NCBI GenBank assembly: GCA_020724955.1
Contig: DYFY01000006.1
Location: 1 to 59,856, forward strand
Reading direction: 5' to 3'
Length of the DNA stretch: 59,856 nt
DNA from: Candidatus Parvarchaeum sp.
GTDB lineage: Archaea; Nanobdellota; Nanobdellia; Pacearchaeales; GW2011-AR1
The translations under genes were made by a program, and so were the position numbers. The notes under the pieces are model-generated. The model did not search any database, had not been told where the DNA came from, and worked only from the letters and a program-made list of their open reading frames with translations. Below are positions 8,140 to 15,832 of this stretch, one piece after another (the stretch's first letter is position 1; the number at the start of each line of letters is the position of its first letter).

Positions 8140-9810
8140 GTGAAAAAAGAAATAGCGAGAAATATTAGCAAGGCTCTTGGCGAAAAAGCGGCTGTTGTAG
8201 AAGAATTAATTGAAATCCCGAAGGACTCCAGGATGGGAGATTATGCTTTGCCCTGTTTTTATTTTGCCAAGGAGCTTAAAAAAAGCCCTGCTGAAATAGC
8301 AAAAGAAATCGCGGAAAAAGTTGATAGCCGTGGATTTGAGAAGGTTGAGGCCTGCGGAGCATATGTGAATTTTTTTATCGACAGGAAAAAACTGGCATCT
8401 GAAATAATACAGAAAGTTTTCAGGGAGGGAGAAAAATACGGATACGAAAATTTTGGACAGAAAGGGAAAGTAGTTGTGGAGATGTCCTCCCCAAACATAG
8501 CCAAGCCGTTCGGAATAGGCCACCTGCGTTCAACTATCATCGGAAATTCCCTGTCAAGAATTTACGGCTTTCAGGGGCATAAAGTAATAAAGATAAACTA
8601 TCTCGGAGACTGGGGGACTCAGTTCGGGAGAATAATTCTCGGATGGAAAAAATTTGGAAGCGAGGCCAAGCTAAAAAATGACCCTATCAAACATCTGCTT
8701 GAAATTTATGTCAAGGCTAACAAAAAGGAGTTTGACAGCGAGGCAAGAGAATGGTTTCAAAGGCTTGAATCTGGAGACAGAGAAGCAGAAAGGCTGTGGA
8801 AAAAATTCAGAGAAATGAGTTTAAAAGACTTCAGCAAAATTTACTCTCTTTTGGGAGTTGAGTTTGACGCAGTTTCCGGAGAATCTGAGTATAACAAAAA
8901 AATGAAATCTGTTCTGGATGAACTAAGGAAGAAAAAAATTATTCGCGAAAGCGATGGAGCCTTGATTTGTGATTTAAAAAAAGAAGGCCTTGGGGTTGCA
9001 GTTATAAAGAAAAAAGACGGGGCAACTTTATATATGACCAGAGACTTGGCTGCTGCTATTGACAGGTACAAAAAACATAAGTTTCTGAAGATGATTTACG
9101 AGGTTGGGGCAGAGCAGAAACTGCATTTTCAACAGCTCTTCAAAATTCTGGAAATGATGGGCTACAAATGGGCTGATGGATGCGTTCATGTTGAGCACGG
9201 GCTTTATCTTGACAAGGACGGAAAAAAGTTTGCAACAAGAAAAGGAAAAACTGTTTTTATGCAAGATGTGCTCAAAGAAACAATTGAGCTTGCTAAAAAA
9301 GAGATTTCAAAGAGGGATAAAAGCGTTAAGGGAAAAACTCTTGAAGAAAGAGCGAGAAAGATTGCGGTCGCTGCAATTTTTTACGGAGATTTAAAAAATC
9401 ACAGAAGGAATGATGTTATATTTGATCTCGAGAGATTTCTTTCTTTTGAGGGAGACACCGGGCCGTATCTGCTTTACAGCTATGCCAGAGCCAAAAGCAT
9501 CCTGAGAAAAGCCAGAAGTGATTCAAAGAAAAAGCTTTCTTTTTCAGATATTAACGATGATGAAAGAAATATAATCAACTTTATTGGCATGTTTCCAGAA
9601 ATAGTAATCCGCGCATGCAAAAGCAATTCGCCCAATATTGTAGCAAATTATGCCTACCAGCTTGCAAAAGAGTTCAATGAGTTTTATCATAAAAACCAGG
9701 TTCTTGGAAACGAGAAGGAAAACCTAAGGCTTTCTATTGTGGGCGCCTTCGCTCAGACCTTGAAAAATGCGCTCTGGCTTCTCGGAATTTCAACAATAGA
9801 AGAAATGTGA
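8140..9810 (+). CDS. argS: arginine--tRNA ligase
   Basis: 556 aa with a GTG start. Class I HIGH-like SSPNIAKPFGIGHLRS, and ArgRS-typical N-terminal and anticodon-binding regions (YLLYSYAR, NYAYQLAKEFNEFY). Confidence 0.92.
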   Translation: MKKEIARNISKALGEKAAVVEELIEIPKDSRMGDYALPCFYFAKELKKSPAEIAKEIAEKVDSRGFEKVEACGAYVNFFIDRKKLASEIIQKVFREGEKYGYENFGQKGKVVVEMSSPNIAKPFGIGHLRSTIIGNSLSRIYGFQGHKVIKINYLGDWGTQFGRIILGWKKFGSEAKLKNDPIKHLLEIYVKANKKEFDSEAREWFQRLESGDREAERLWKKFREMSLKDFSKIYSLLGVEFDAVSGESEYNKKMKSVLDELRKKKIIRESDGALICDLKKEGLGVAVIKKKDGATLYMTRDLAAAIDRYKKHKFLKMIYEVGAEQKLHFQQLFKILEMMGYKWADGCVHVEHGLYLDKDGKKFATRKGKTVFMQDVLKETIELAKKEISKRDKSVKGKTLEERARKIAVAAIFYGDLKNHRRNDVIFDLERFLSFEGDTGPYLLYSYARAKSILRKARSDSKKKLSFSDINDDERNIINFIGMFPEIVIRACKSNSPNIVANYAYQLAKEFNEFYHKNQVLGNEKENLRLSIVGAFAQTLKNALWLLGISTIEEM

Positions 9811-9864
9811 TTGTATATTTTGAAGGAAATAAAACCTTAAAAGCTGTTTTTAAGTGTTTAATCT

Positions 9865-10077
9865 ATGAGTGAAGAAATAATATTCTGGATGATTGTAAGT
9901 GCGGTTATACTTGGAGTTATATTTTTGCTGCTTTTGTTCATCTTGGCTCTAACTCCTCCTAGAAGAAACTCGGTGCACAAGAAACAAAACTATCATGCTG
10001 ATCCGGAAAGAAGAGATGTAGAAAAAGACCTTAAAAAAATCAAAGAGCAAATCAGCGGAGATGAAGAAAGCTGGTAA
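9865..10077 (+). CDS. small membrane protein, 70 aa
   Basis: Single N-terminal TM helix IIFWMIVSAVILGVIFLLLLFILAL followed by a charged tail. Confidence 0.45.
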   Translation: MSEEIIFWMIVSAVILGVIFLLLLFILALTPPRRNSVHKKQNYHADPERRDVEKDLKKIKEQISGDEESW

Positions 10078-10181
10078 GCGAAAAGAATGATTTTTGAATT
10101 CTTTGAAAGACAATCCTGGAAACGAAAATTAACAGGTTATGTATAAAGAAAAGCATTTAAAAACTTCAAGTTGGTTGTTTT

Positions 10182-10440
10182 GAGGTAGGCAAGCCGGCAC
10201 GCTAGCCCTGTGCTGTTCACAAACGGGCTTTATGGTGGGCTTAAAGGAGTGCGTGATGCAAAGGCAAGTTAGTCTTTTTCCGGACGCTGACGTTTTGTCC
10301 TGTTCGACCGTGCTCCTGTGAAACGGGTCAGGCCTTGATCGGAGCAGCCCTAAGCAGAAGTTTCGGTGCTTACGGGGTCGCAAAACCGAGAAAGGAAGAA
10401 GGCAGCTAATTTGCTGATGCTGAGCAATCTCCCTGCCTAC
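10182..10440 (+). ncRNA. signal recognition particle RNA (7S/SRP RNA)
   Basis: GC-rich ~260-nt island in AT-rich DNA. 5' GTAGGCA pairs with 3' TGCCTAC. CTCCTGTGAAACGGGTCAGGCC..GGAGCAGCCCTAAGCAG matches the conserved helix 5/8 motif (E. coli 4.5S has CUCUGUUUACCAGGUCAGGUCCGGAAGGAAGCAGCCAAGGCAG). A TTTAAAAA box lies at 10156..10163, about 25 nt upstream. Confidence 0.8.
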
Positions 10441-10530
10441 ACTAAAATTTTAGACTTTTGCGGAAGAGATGTTTTAAGAGAATTAACTTTAAGTTGTGAA
10501 GTGTGTGAATTGATTTGAAGGGGGTGTTGA

Positions 10531-10692
10531 TGTAAAGTAAACCCTTTAATTACACTTCTTTACGCTTAAATTATCTCTAAAATCTCTTGGTGATTATAGC
10601 TAAAACGAGCATATCTGCTTATTGGAGGTAATTTTCATGGAAATATTATTAATATGAATGAACTTATGTACAATTGGGAAGTTGGCTTAACA
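10531..10692 (-). repeat. copy 1 of a ~160-bp repeated intergenic element (MITE-like), inverted relative to copy 2
   Basis: The reverse complement aligns to 59217..59370. The core of ~97 nt shows about 5 mismatches and 2 indels by eye; the outer part is more diverged. Imperfect terminal inverted repeats TGTAAAGTAAAC / TGTTAAGCCAAC. Flanked by GTTGA on both sides. Confidence 0.75.
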
Positions 10693-10703
10693 GTTGAAGA
10701 ACA

Positions 10704-10713
10704 TTTAAAAATA
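10704..10713 (+). promoter_or_regulatory. TATA box of pilin gene 10733 (leaderless arrangement)
   Basis: TTTAAAAATA is centred ~25 nt upstream of the ATG. Confidence 0.5.
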
Positions 10714-10732
10714 TGAAAAGCGAAGTTATTCT

Positions 10733-11254
10733 ATGAATAAAAGAGGGCAGTTCTTTTTAGTCGGAGCATTTGTAATTGTAGGAATAATTCTTGGCCTGAG
10801 CGCAAGCGTAAATTTTGCTGAAGTTCAGCAGGACAGAGAATATTTTTACGACCAGGCAAGAGAGGTTGAGCAGGAAACAAAAAAAATTATGGACTATGGG
10901 GTTTTTTATAATAAAGATGTTTTAAGCACAACTTCTGACTTTCTGTTTGAATACAACGAGCAAATAGGGCAGGACGATGCTTTGTTTATTTATAAGGCTG
11001 ATGAACCCGCTCTTCAAGTATATGCTTTGTATTTTGAGGAAAGCAATATTGGCTCTGTTTCTCTCCTTGGAGGCACAGCTACCGTTCCAGTAAATAAAAA
11101 TACTGCAAAAGTAGTAAATGTAGTAGTTGACGGAGAGAATATTATTGCTTACATGGATGGACGCGAGTATAAATTCGAGTTAAGAGAGGGATACAATTTG
11201 TTTTATGCTTTGAGCAAAGAGGAAGAGGATGAAAGACTTGTTGCCGTCGGATAA
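10733..11254 (+). CDS. pilin-like protein with class III (prepilin) signal peptide
   Basis: N-terminus MNKRG/QFFLVGAFVIVGIILGL. Confidence 0.7.
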   Translation: MNKRGQFFLVGAFVIVGIILGLSASVNFAEVQQDREYFYDQAREVEQETKKIMDYGVFYNKDVLSTTSDFLFEYNEQIGQDDALFIYKADEPALQVYALYFEESNIGSVSLLGGTATVPVNKNTAKVVNVVVDGENIIAYMDGREYKFELREGYNLFYALSKEEEDERLVAVG

Positions 11255-11777
11255 AAAAGCTGTGAGCCTGATGATTGGGTATGTACTGCTTATTGTTCTT
11301 GCAGTAGGGATTGCCGGAGCAGTTTATTCTTTTCTCAAGTTTTATCTTCCTGATACAGAAATAAAAGAGTGCCCGAATGACGTCAGCCTCATAATAAGCA
11401 ATGCCAGCTGTGATGGTGAACTTAAGATTGAGCTGCATAACAAAGGATTTTTCAGCATTGATGGAGCATATGTAAAAGCAGGAGCTGTGGGAAAAGTTGC
11501 AAAAGATACTCTTTGCTTCACAGATCAAACAGGAACAGGAGGAACCTGCAACATACTTTTTGAAGGGCAGGCGCTAGTTGGAGGAGACGGCTCTCAAACC
11601 GTTAAGAAGTCAGGGCTTAAACCAGGGGAAATAGTCCAACCTGGATTTAAAAGCTTCACGCCGAAGGAAGAAGAGATAGAAATAGAGATAGAGCCGGTTA
11701 TTTATGTTGAGGACAAATTGACTGCGTGCAGGAATGCGATAATAAAGAAGGTTGTGACATGCGGAGAATCTTCATGA
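11229..11777 (+). CDS. pilin-like protein (archaeal pilin N-terminal domain)
   Basis: N-terminus DKKA/VSLMIGYVLLIVLAVGIAGAVY. Overlaps the previous gene by 26 nt. Confidence 0.7.
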   Translation: MKDLLPSDKKAVSLMIGYVLLIVLAVGIAGAVYSFLKFYLPDTEIKECPNDVSLIISNASCDGELKIELHNKGFFSIDGAYVKAGAVGKVAKDTLCFTDQTGTGGTCNILFEGQALVGGDGSQTVKKSGLKPGEIVQPGFKSFTPKEEEIEIEIEPVIYVEDKLTACRNAIIKKVVTCGESS

Positions 11778-11876
11778 TTTTATTATGTATCTACGGGGAA
11801 AGATAATAATTGAACAAAATGTTTGTTGCTATATTAGGGGAACATAAAATCCTTGCTTGATTATTTATGTTCTACG

Positions 11877-12272
11877 CTATAATATTAACAAAACCTCTTC
11901 AGGGGTTAGAATTTTGATTCCTTCATATTCTTTCAATTTCAACAAATGCTTGTCCTGGCTAACAATAAAGTCTGCTTTACCCGCTAAACCAGTTTCAAGA
12001 AATTTGTTATCGTTTGGATCGTCTCTTACAATATCCAGTTTTATTGTTGGATCAACGATAACAGAATTCTCTATAATCAAATTTTTCCAATCTTCAATCA
12101 TAGAATCAGGCATTTTAATTTTAAAATTCTTTAATGTTCTTACAAATTCATCTATAATTTTCATAGAACTAACCAGCTCAAACTCTTTATTCTTCCATTT
12201 TTCTATTAATTGTGAGCAAAAATTCCCTTCCCAGAAGATACCAGAGATAAAGACATTAGTATCTATAATTAC
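11877..12272 (-). CDS. vapC: PIN-domain VapC-like toxin lacking a canonical start codon (possibly inactivated)
   Basis: The frame is open from GTA at 12272, reading VIIDTNVFISG.. (typical PIN N-terminus). The first ATG in frame is at 12164, 36 codons in. The C-terminus FIVSQDKHLLKL..ILTPEE is typical of PIN toxins. Confidence 0.55.
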   Translation of the reverse strand, partial: VIIDTNVFISGIFWEGNFCSQLIEKWKNKEFELVSSMKIIDEFVRTLKNFKIKMPDSMIEDWKNLIIENSVIVDPTIKLDIVRDDPNDNKFLETGLAGKADFIVSQDKHLLKLKEYEGIKILTPEEVLLIL

Positions 12273-12535
12273 CCTCGTTTTTTACGAGTCTGTTTGATTG
12301 CTTCTTCTACATCAGACTCTTTAATTCCTTTCTTTCTAGCAAATTCTCTAGTCTTTTTGAGAAGCTTGTCAATTCCACTAAAAGAAGGCATTTCTAACTT
12401 TTTCAACACAATTGTATTGTCCTCTCCTATAACGACAAACTTTTCTCCCTCGTGAATTTTCATTCTGTTTCTCAAACTCTGCGGAATTACGATTTGTCCT
12501 CTAGAACTGACGCTTGTTATTTCAATTTTTTTCAT
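12269..12535 (-). CDS. vapB: AbrB/SpoVT-fold antitoxin (VapB-like)
   Basis: SSRGQIVIPQSLRNRMKIHEGEKFVV is the swapped-hairpin AbrB motif. The gene abuts the PIN gene. Confidence 0.8.
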   Translation of the reverse strand: MKKIEITSVSSRGQIVIPQSLRNRMKIHEGEKFVVIGEDNTIVLKKLEMPSFSGIDKLLKKTREFARKKGIKESDVEEAIKQTRKKRG

Positions 12536-12830
12536 TTTAAACCTCCTGATAAGTTTATACTCTTAGTAAGATTATCTTATTTATAAACCTTTCTCCTTCA
12601 GCTTAGAACAGATAACGGAGCTTAAAAAGAAAATCCTTGCGGATTTCCCAAATTTTTTTCTAAGAAAAAACTCTCGAGACCGCTATCGCTCCGCTCGAGC
12701 CTTACAGGTTATTTGCTGATGTTATAAAATGGCTCAACAAAATAATAAACATCAAAATTACAAATAATTTTTTGCATGTTGCAGAGAATTTTGCTGATTA
12801 TTTTACAATTTGTGCACATTTCTCTGTCTT

Positions 12831-12868
12831 GACAACTGCAAAAAAGTCACTTAATTAATGCAGTTGTC
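12831..12868. promoter_or_regulatory. perfect 10-bp inverted repeat (GACAACTGCA N18 TGCAGTTGTC)
   Basis: Read directly in the 530-bp intergenic region ~200 bp upstream of the giant pilin gene. Confidence 0.4.
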
Positions 12869-13040
12869 CATATTAATGAATTATTTAATAATCTGTGGTT
12901 GACTAGAAATTTTGTTTGGCTTTTTGCAAGGGACTTGACCTGTTTGAGAGAGACGCTTTTGACTTTTTTTCATGCCTCCCGGAAACACTAAACTGAGTAA
13001 TTTAGATGCTGTGTTATAAAGCTGTAAAGCTTCAAGTAAA

Positions 13041-13048
13041 TTTAAAAA
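13041..13048 (+). promoter_or_regulatory. TATA box of pilin operon 13070 (leaderless arrangement)
   Basis: TTTAAAAA is centred 26 nt upstream of the ATG. TGTAAAG motif at 13023..13029. Confidence 0.5.
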
Positions 13049-13069
13049 GAAGAGAGAATAATATCTGAG

Positions 13070-15103
13070 ATGGGTAAAAGAGGTATTAGTCCTGTTGTCG
13101 CGGTTGTTTTGATTGTCCTTGTTGTCATCGTGCTTGTTCTTTTAATTGCATCTTTAACAATTCCTCAGGTTAGAGAGCTTTTATCCGGCAGGGGCGACTG
13201 CTTTAAAGTTGTTGCGGACATATCAATAGAAACGAATTCTGAGTATACCTGCAAATATTCGACAGGGGAAAATCCTTCTACTGTTTTTGCCTTGAGAATA
13301 GACAATGAAAACATAAAAGGATTTAGAGCAGGGCTTTTGGCGGAAGGAAGCTCAAAATCTTACGATATTGAAGATGGAACCTCTTCTGAAAAGATAAGAA
13401 TGCTTGAGGGGACATATAACCAGCCTCTTGTTGTTGACAATAAGGGAGGAGTTAAAGTATATGTTGCAGAGGGAATTATTGAAAGAATAGACATTTCCCC
13501 TATTTTGACCAACGGGAAAGTGTGTGATGATTACAGCAAAGATGTTTCACCACAAGAATGCATCAGCATTAATGTTAAGAAGCAGCTTAATGAGCCTCCT
13601 TCGGGAGGCTATTGCGGAGATGGGATAATTCAGAGTGAAAGAGGTGAGGAGTGTGATGATGGAAATACAATTAGTGGGGATGGTTGTTCCGCTGACTGCA
13701 AGTGGGAAGGAGGGACCTTCGGAGAGTGCACTTTGGCTGAAGCCTACTGGGAAACCACAAGCGGACTTACAGAGGCATATGTGGGCGAGAGTGTGAAGTT
13801 GGTTGTTAAAGGAAACTCAGACTGCGATGGGGAAACGGTAACATTTAATCCTAAGGGAATAAAGGAATATGATTCAGGATTTGCTCTCGGTGGAAATGAT
13901 GTAACTATCTTACCTAATGATGTTAAGTTTAATGGTGAGGAGGCTACAGCGAGCTGGAATGCTGAATGGTTGAACGATGATTGGACATTTGGAGGAGAGA
14001 GCAATCCTCCTGAATATTATTTCATAGCTACTCTTTCAACAGGACTTAATGTCGGAGATAAAAGAGAAAGCCCTAAAGGAAGCAATGAGCCAGACATGCT
14101 GGAAGTTTACAAATGCGGGGATGGATTGTACAATCCAGGTCGTGAAGAGTGTGATGATGGAAACACGAATAGTGGAGATGGTTGTTCATCAACATGTCAA
14201 ATAGAAAGTGGGTGGGTTTGCACAACACCTCTGCAAAAAAGCCAGTGTAATTATATTTCTCCGGGGTCTTATTCTAAATGTGTAGATGATCAATGTAAAG
14301 AAGAGCCATGTAACTCTAGCGGATGCCAGAACGAATGCAGTAGCAACAAGGAATGCGAAATAAAAAACAAATGCAACGACAACGGAGTTTGTGATCCAGG
14401 AGAGGAAGGTATATGCTGTAATGAATGTCCTGCAAGTGGTCCTCCTTATTGTATAAATTATGGAAAATGCGGGGATGGATATGTAAACCCAGGGGAGCAG
14501 TGTGATGATGCCTGCTTAAAAGGCGATCCTGAAATATGTGAGCCTGGAGTAGATGATGGGGATGGATGCTCAGCTAGTTGCCAGGAAGAAAGTGGGTGGA
14601 TATGTAAGCATCCAACCGGAAAAAACAGCAAATGCTGCGACACTCAAACACAAAGTTGCTCTAATGTAGGAGTTAGTGTTGATCCTCCTTCAGGAGGAAA
14701 CCCTTATACAAATTGGTGGGAACCTTGGAGCAACACTCAAGTTGGTTCATGCAATGAGCCGAGTCCTGCTGCAACTCTTAGCTGTATTGCTACATTCAGC
14801 ACATTAGGGTTCCAGTCTTCTTCTGGTGCTTGCTCTTCCGGAACTTCAGCAGGATGTGCTGGATTTGATGATTGCAATATGGTGCCATCTTATTGTCAAC
14901 CAGGGGGGACGTTCCCAGGAATATCTGTATGCTGCTTGCAGAATGGAGGTTTTGCAGTTAGCTTTATACAATGTCAATGCCCTCAGGAATTTTATAACGC
15001 TTGTGTGGACAATCAATGTGTTAGTGTTCTTGGGACTGGACCAGACGAATGCCAGACTAATCAGGAATGCGATAATAATGACCCCCAAACAGGTGAGGCA
15101 TAA
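13070..15103 (+). CDS. giant pilin-like adhesin: class III signal peptide, pilin-paralog domain, three CxxCxGDG cysteine-rich repeats, Cys-rich tail
   Basis: N-terminus MGKRG/ISPVVAVVLIVLVVIVLVLL. Residues ~1-165 are paralogous to the 15833 product. Repeats: YCGDGIIQSERGEECDDGNTISGDGCSADC, KCGDGLYNPGREECDDGNTNSGDGCSSTC and KCGDGYVNPGEQCDD..DDGDGCSASC, resembling the Myxococcus-type cysteine-rich repeat (DUF4215). Confidence 0.85.
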   Translation: MGKRGISPVVAVVLIVLVVIVLVLLIASLTIPQVRELLSGRGDCFKVVADISIETNSEYTCKYSTGENPSTVFALRIDNENIKGFRAGLLAEGSSKSYDIEDGTSSEKIRMLEGTYNQPLVVDNKGGVKVYVAEGIIERIDISPILTNGKVCDDYSKDVSPQECISINVKKQLNEPPSGGYCGDGIIQSERGEECDDGNTISGDGCSADCKWEGGTFGECTLAEAYWETTSGLTEAYVGESVKLVVKGNSDCDGETVTFNPKGIKEYDSGFALGGNDVTILPNDVKFNGEEATASWNAEWLNDDWTFGGESNPPEYYFIATLSTGLNVGDKRESPKGSNEPDMLEVYKCGDGLYNPGREECDDGNTNSGDGCSSTCQIESGWVCTTPLQKSQCNYISPGSYSKCVDDQCKEEPCNSSGCQNECSSNKECEIKNKCNDNGVCDPGEEGICCNECPASGPPYCINYGKCGDGYVNPGEQCDDACLKGDPEICEPGVDDGDGCSASCQEESGWICKHPTGKNSKCCDTQTQSCSNVGVSVDPPSGGNPYTNWWEPWSNTQVGSCNEPSPAATLSCIATFSTLGFQSSSGACSSGTSAGCAGFDDCNMVPSYCQPGGTFPGISVCCLQNGGFAVSFIQCQCPQEFYNACVDNQCVSVLGTGPDECQTNQECDNNDPQTGEA

Positions 15104-15105
15104 AA

Positions 15106-15579
15106 ATGCAAAACAAAAAGGCAATTTCTCCTGTTATTGGCGCACTGCTTTTGGTAGTTTTAGTTGTTGTTATCGGTGGAATTGTGTTTCTCTGGGGGAG
15201 AGGATTTGTTGAAAACGCCAGGGGGGCTGACTTTGAGGGAGAGCCTGCTGAAAGGGCTTGCGAAAGAATAAAATTTGAGGCAGGGATTTTTTATGATGAA
15301 GGAAGCGGAGATTATAACGTTGAAATAAACAATCAAGGTGATATTGACATTTATGGATTTAAAATATTGATAGAGGGAGATGGAAAAACAGACTCTCTTG
15401 AGCTTCTCGATGAAAATGTGCTGGCTGGACAAGCAAAAGGGCTTAAAAACAGAATAGAGATAGATTTGAGCGGGAGGGAGATAGAAATTATCCCGCTAAT
15501 AGTTGCGGAAGCATCCAACGGAGCAGATATTGTTTTTCATTGCCCTGAAATCCACGGCAAAAAAATTGCAGTGGTTTAG
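15106..15579 (+). CDS. pilin-like protein with class III signal peptide
   Basis: N-terminus MQNKKA/ISPVIGALLLVVLVVVIGGIVFLW. Starts 3 nt after the previous stop. Confidence 0.75.
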   Translation: MQNKKAISPVIGALLLVVLVVVIGGIVFLWGRGFVENARGADFEGEPAERACERIKFEAGIFYDEGSGDYNVEINNQGDIDIYGFKILIEGDGKTDSLELLDENVLAGQAKGLKNRIEIDLSGREIEIIPLIVAEASNGADIVFHCPEIHGKKIAVV

Positions 15580-15764
15580 ACTTTGCGAAGCGCTGAGATT
15601 AAGAAATGTAGTGAAAGAAATATTCTACTGGTATCATTCACTATAGTTTTCAAAGATTAACTTAACGCTTCCTGTATAATTTGTATAAAGAAAAGTTCCA
15701 ATAAACAATAATTATCTTAATTTTATATAGAATCAAGGAATGATTGGAAAGTTTCTTTGTATAC

Positions 15765-15811
15765 TATGTTAAGTTAGAAGGTTTACTTTACAAGTTAGAA
15801 AGGTATAAAAA
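15765..15811 (+). promoter_or_regulatory. pilin promoter module: TATGTTAAGT-N5-GGTTTACTTTACA upstream motif plus TATA box TATAAAAA
   Basis: The motif ends 41 nt and the TATA centre lies 26 nt before the ATG at 15833. The same end motifs bound the 160-bp element at 59217..59370. Confidence 0.55.
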
Positions 15812-15832
15812 GATATTTCGGCAATTTTAGGC

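Noticed and set aside
10129-10383. 84-aa minus-strand ORF
   Set aside because: It lies entirely within the GC-rich SRP RNA. Its composition is Arg/Cys/Pro-rich and there is no start context. It is an artefact of GC-rich non-coding sequence.
10531-10692. Considered a diversity-generating retroelement TR/VR pair with 59217..59370
   Set aside because: There is no reverse transcriptase in the window. The copies are intergenic and inverted. The mismatches are C/T, A/G and G/T changes rather than adenine-specific substitutions.
11857-12297. 146-aa plus-strand ORF
   Set aside because: It is antisense to the PIN/AbrB toxin-antitoxin pair, which has recognisable motifs. Its Ser/Ile/Phe-rich composition is typical of the antisense of an AT-rich gene.
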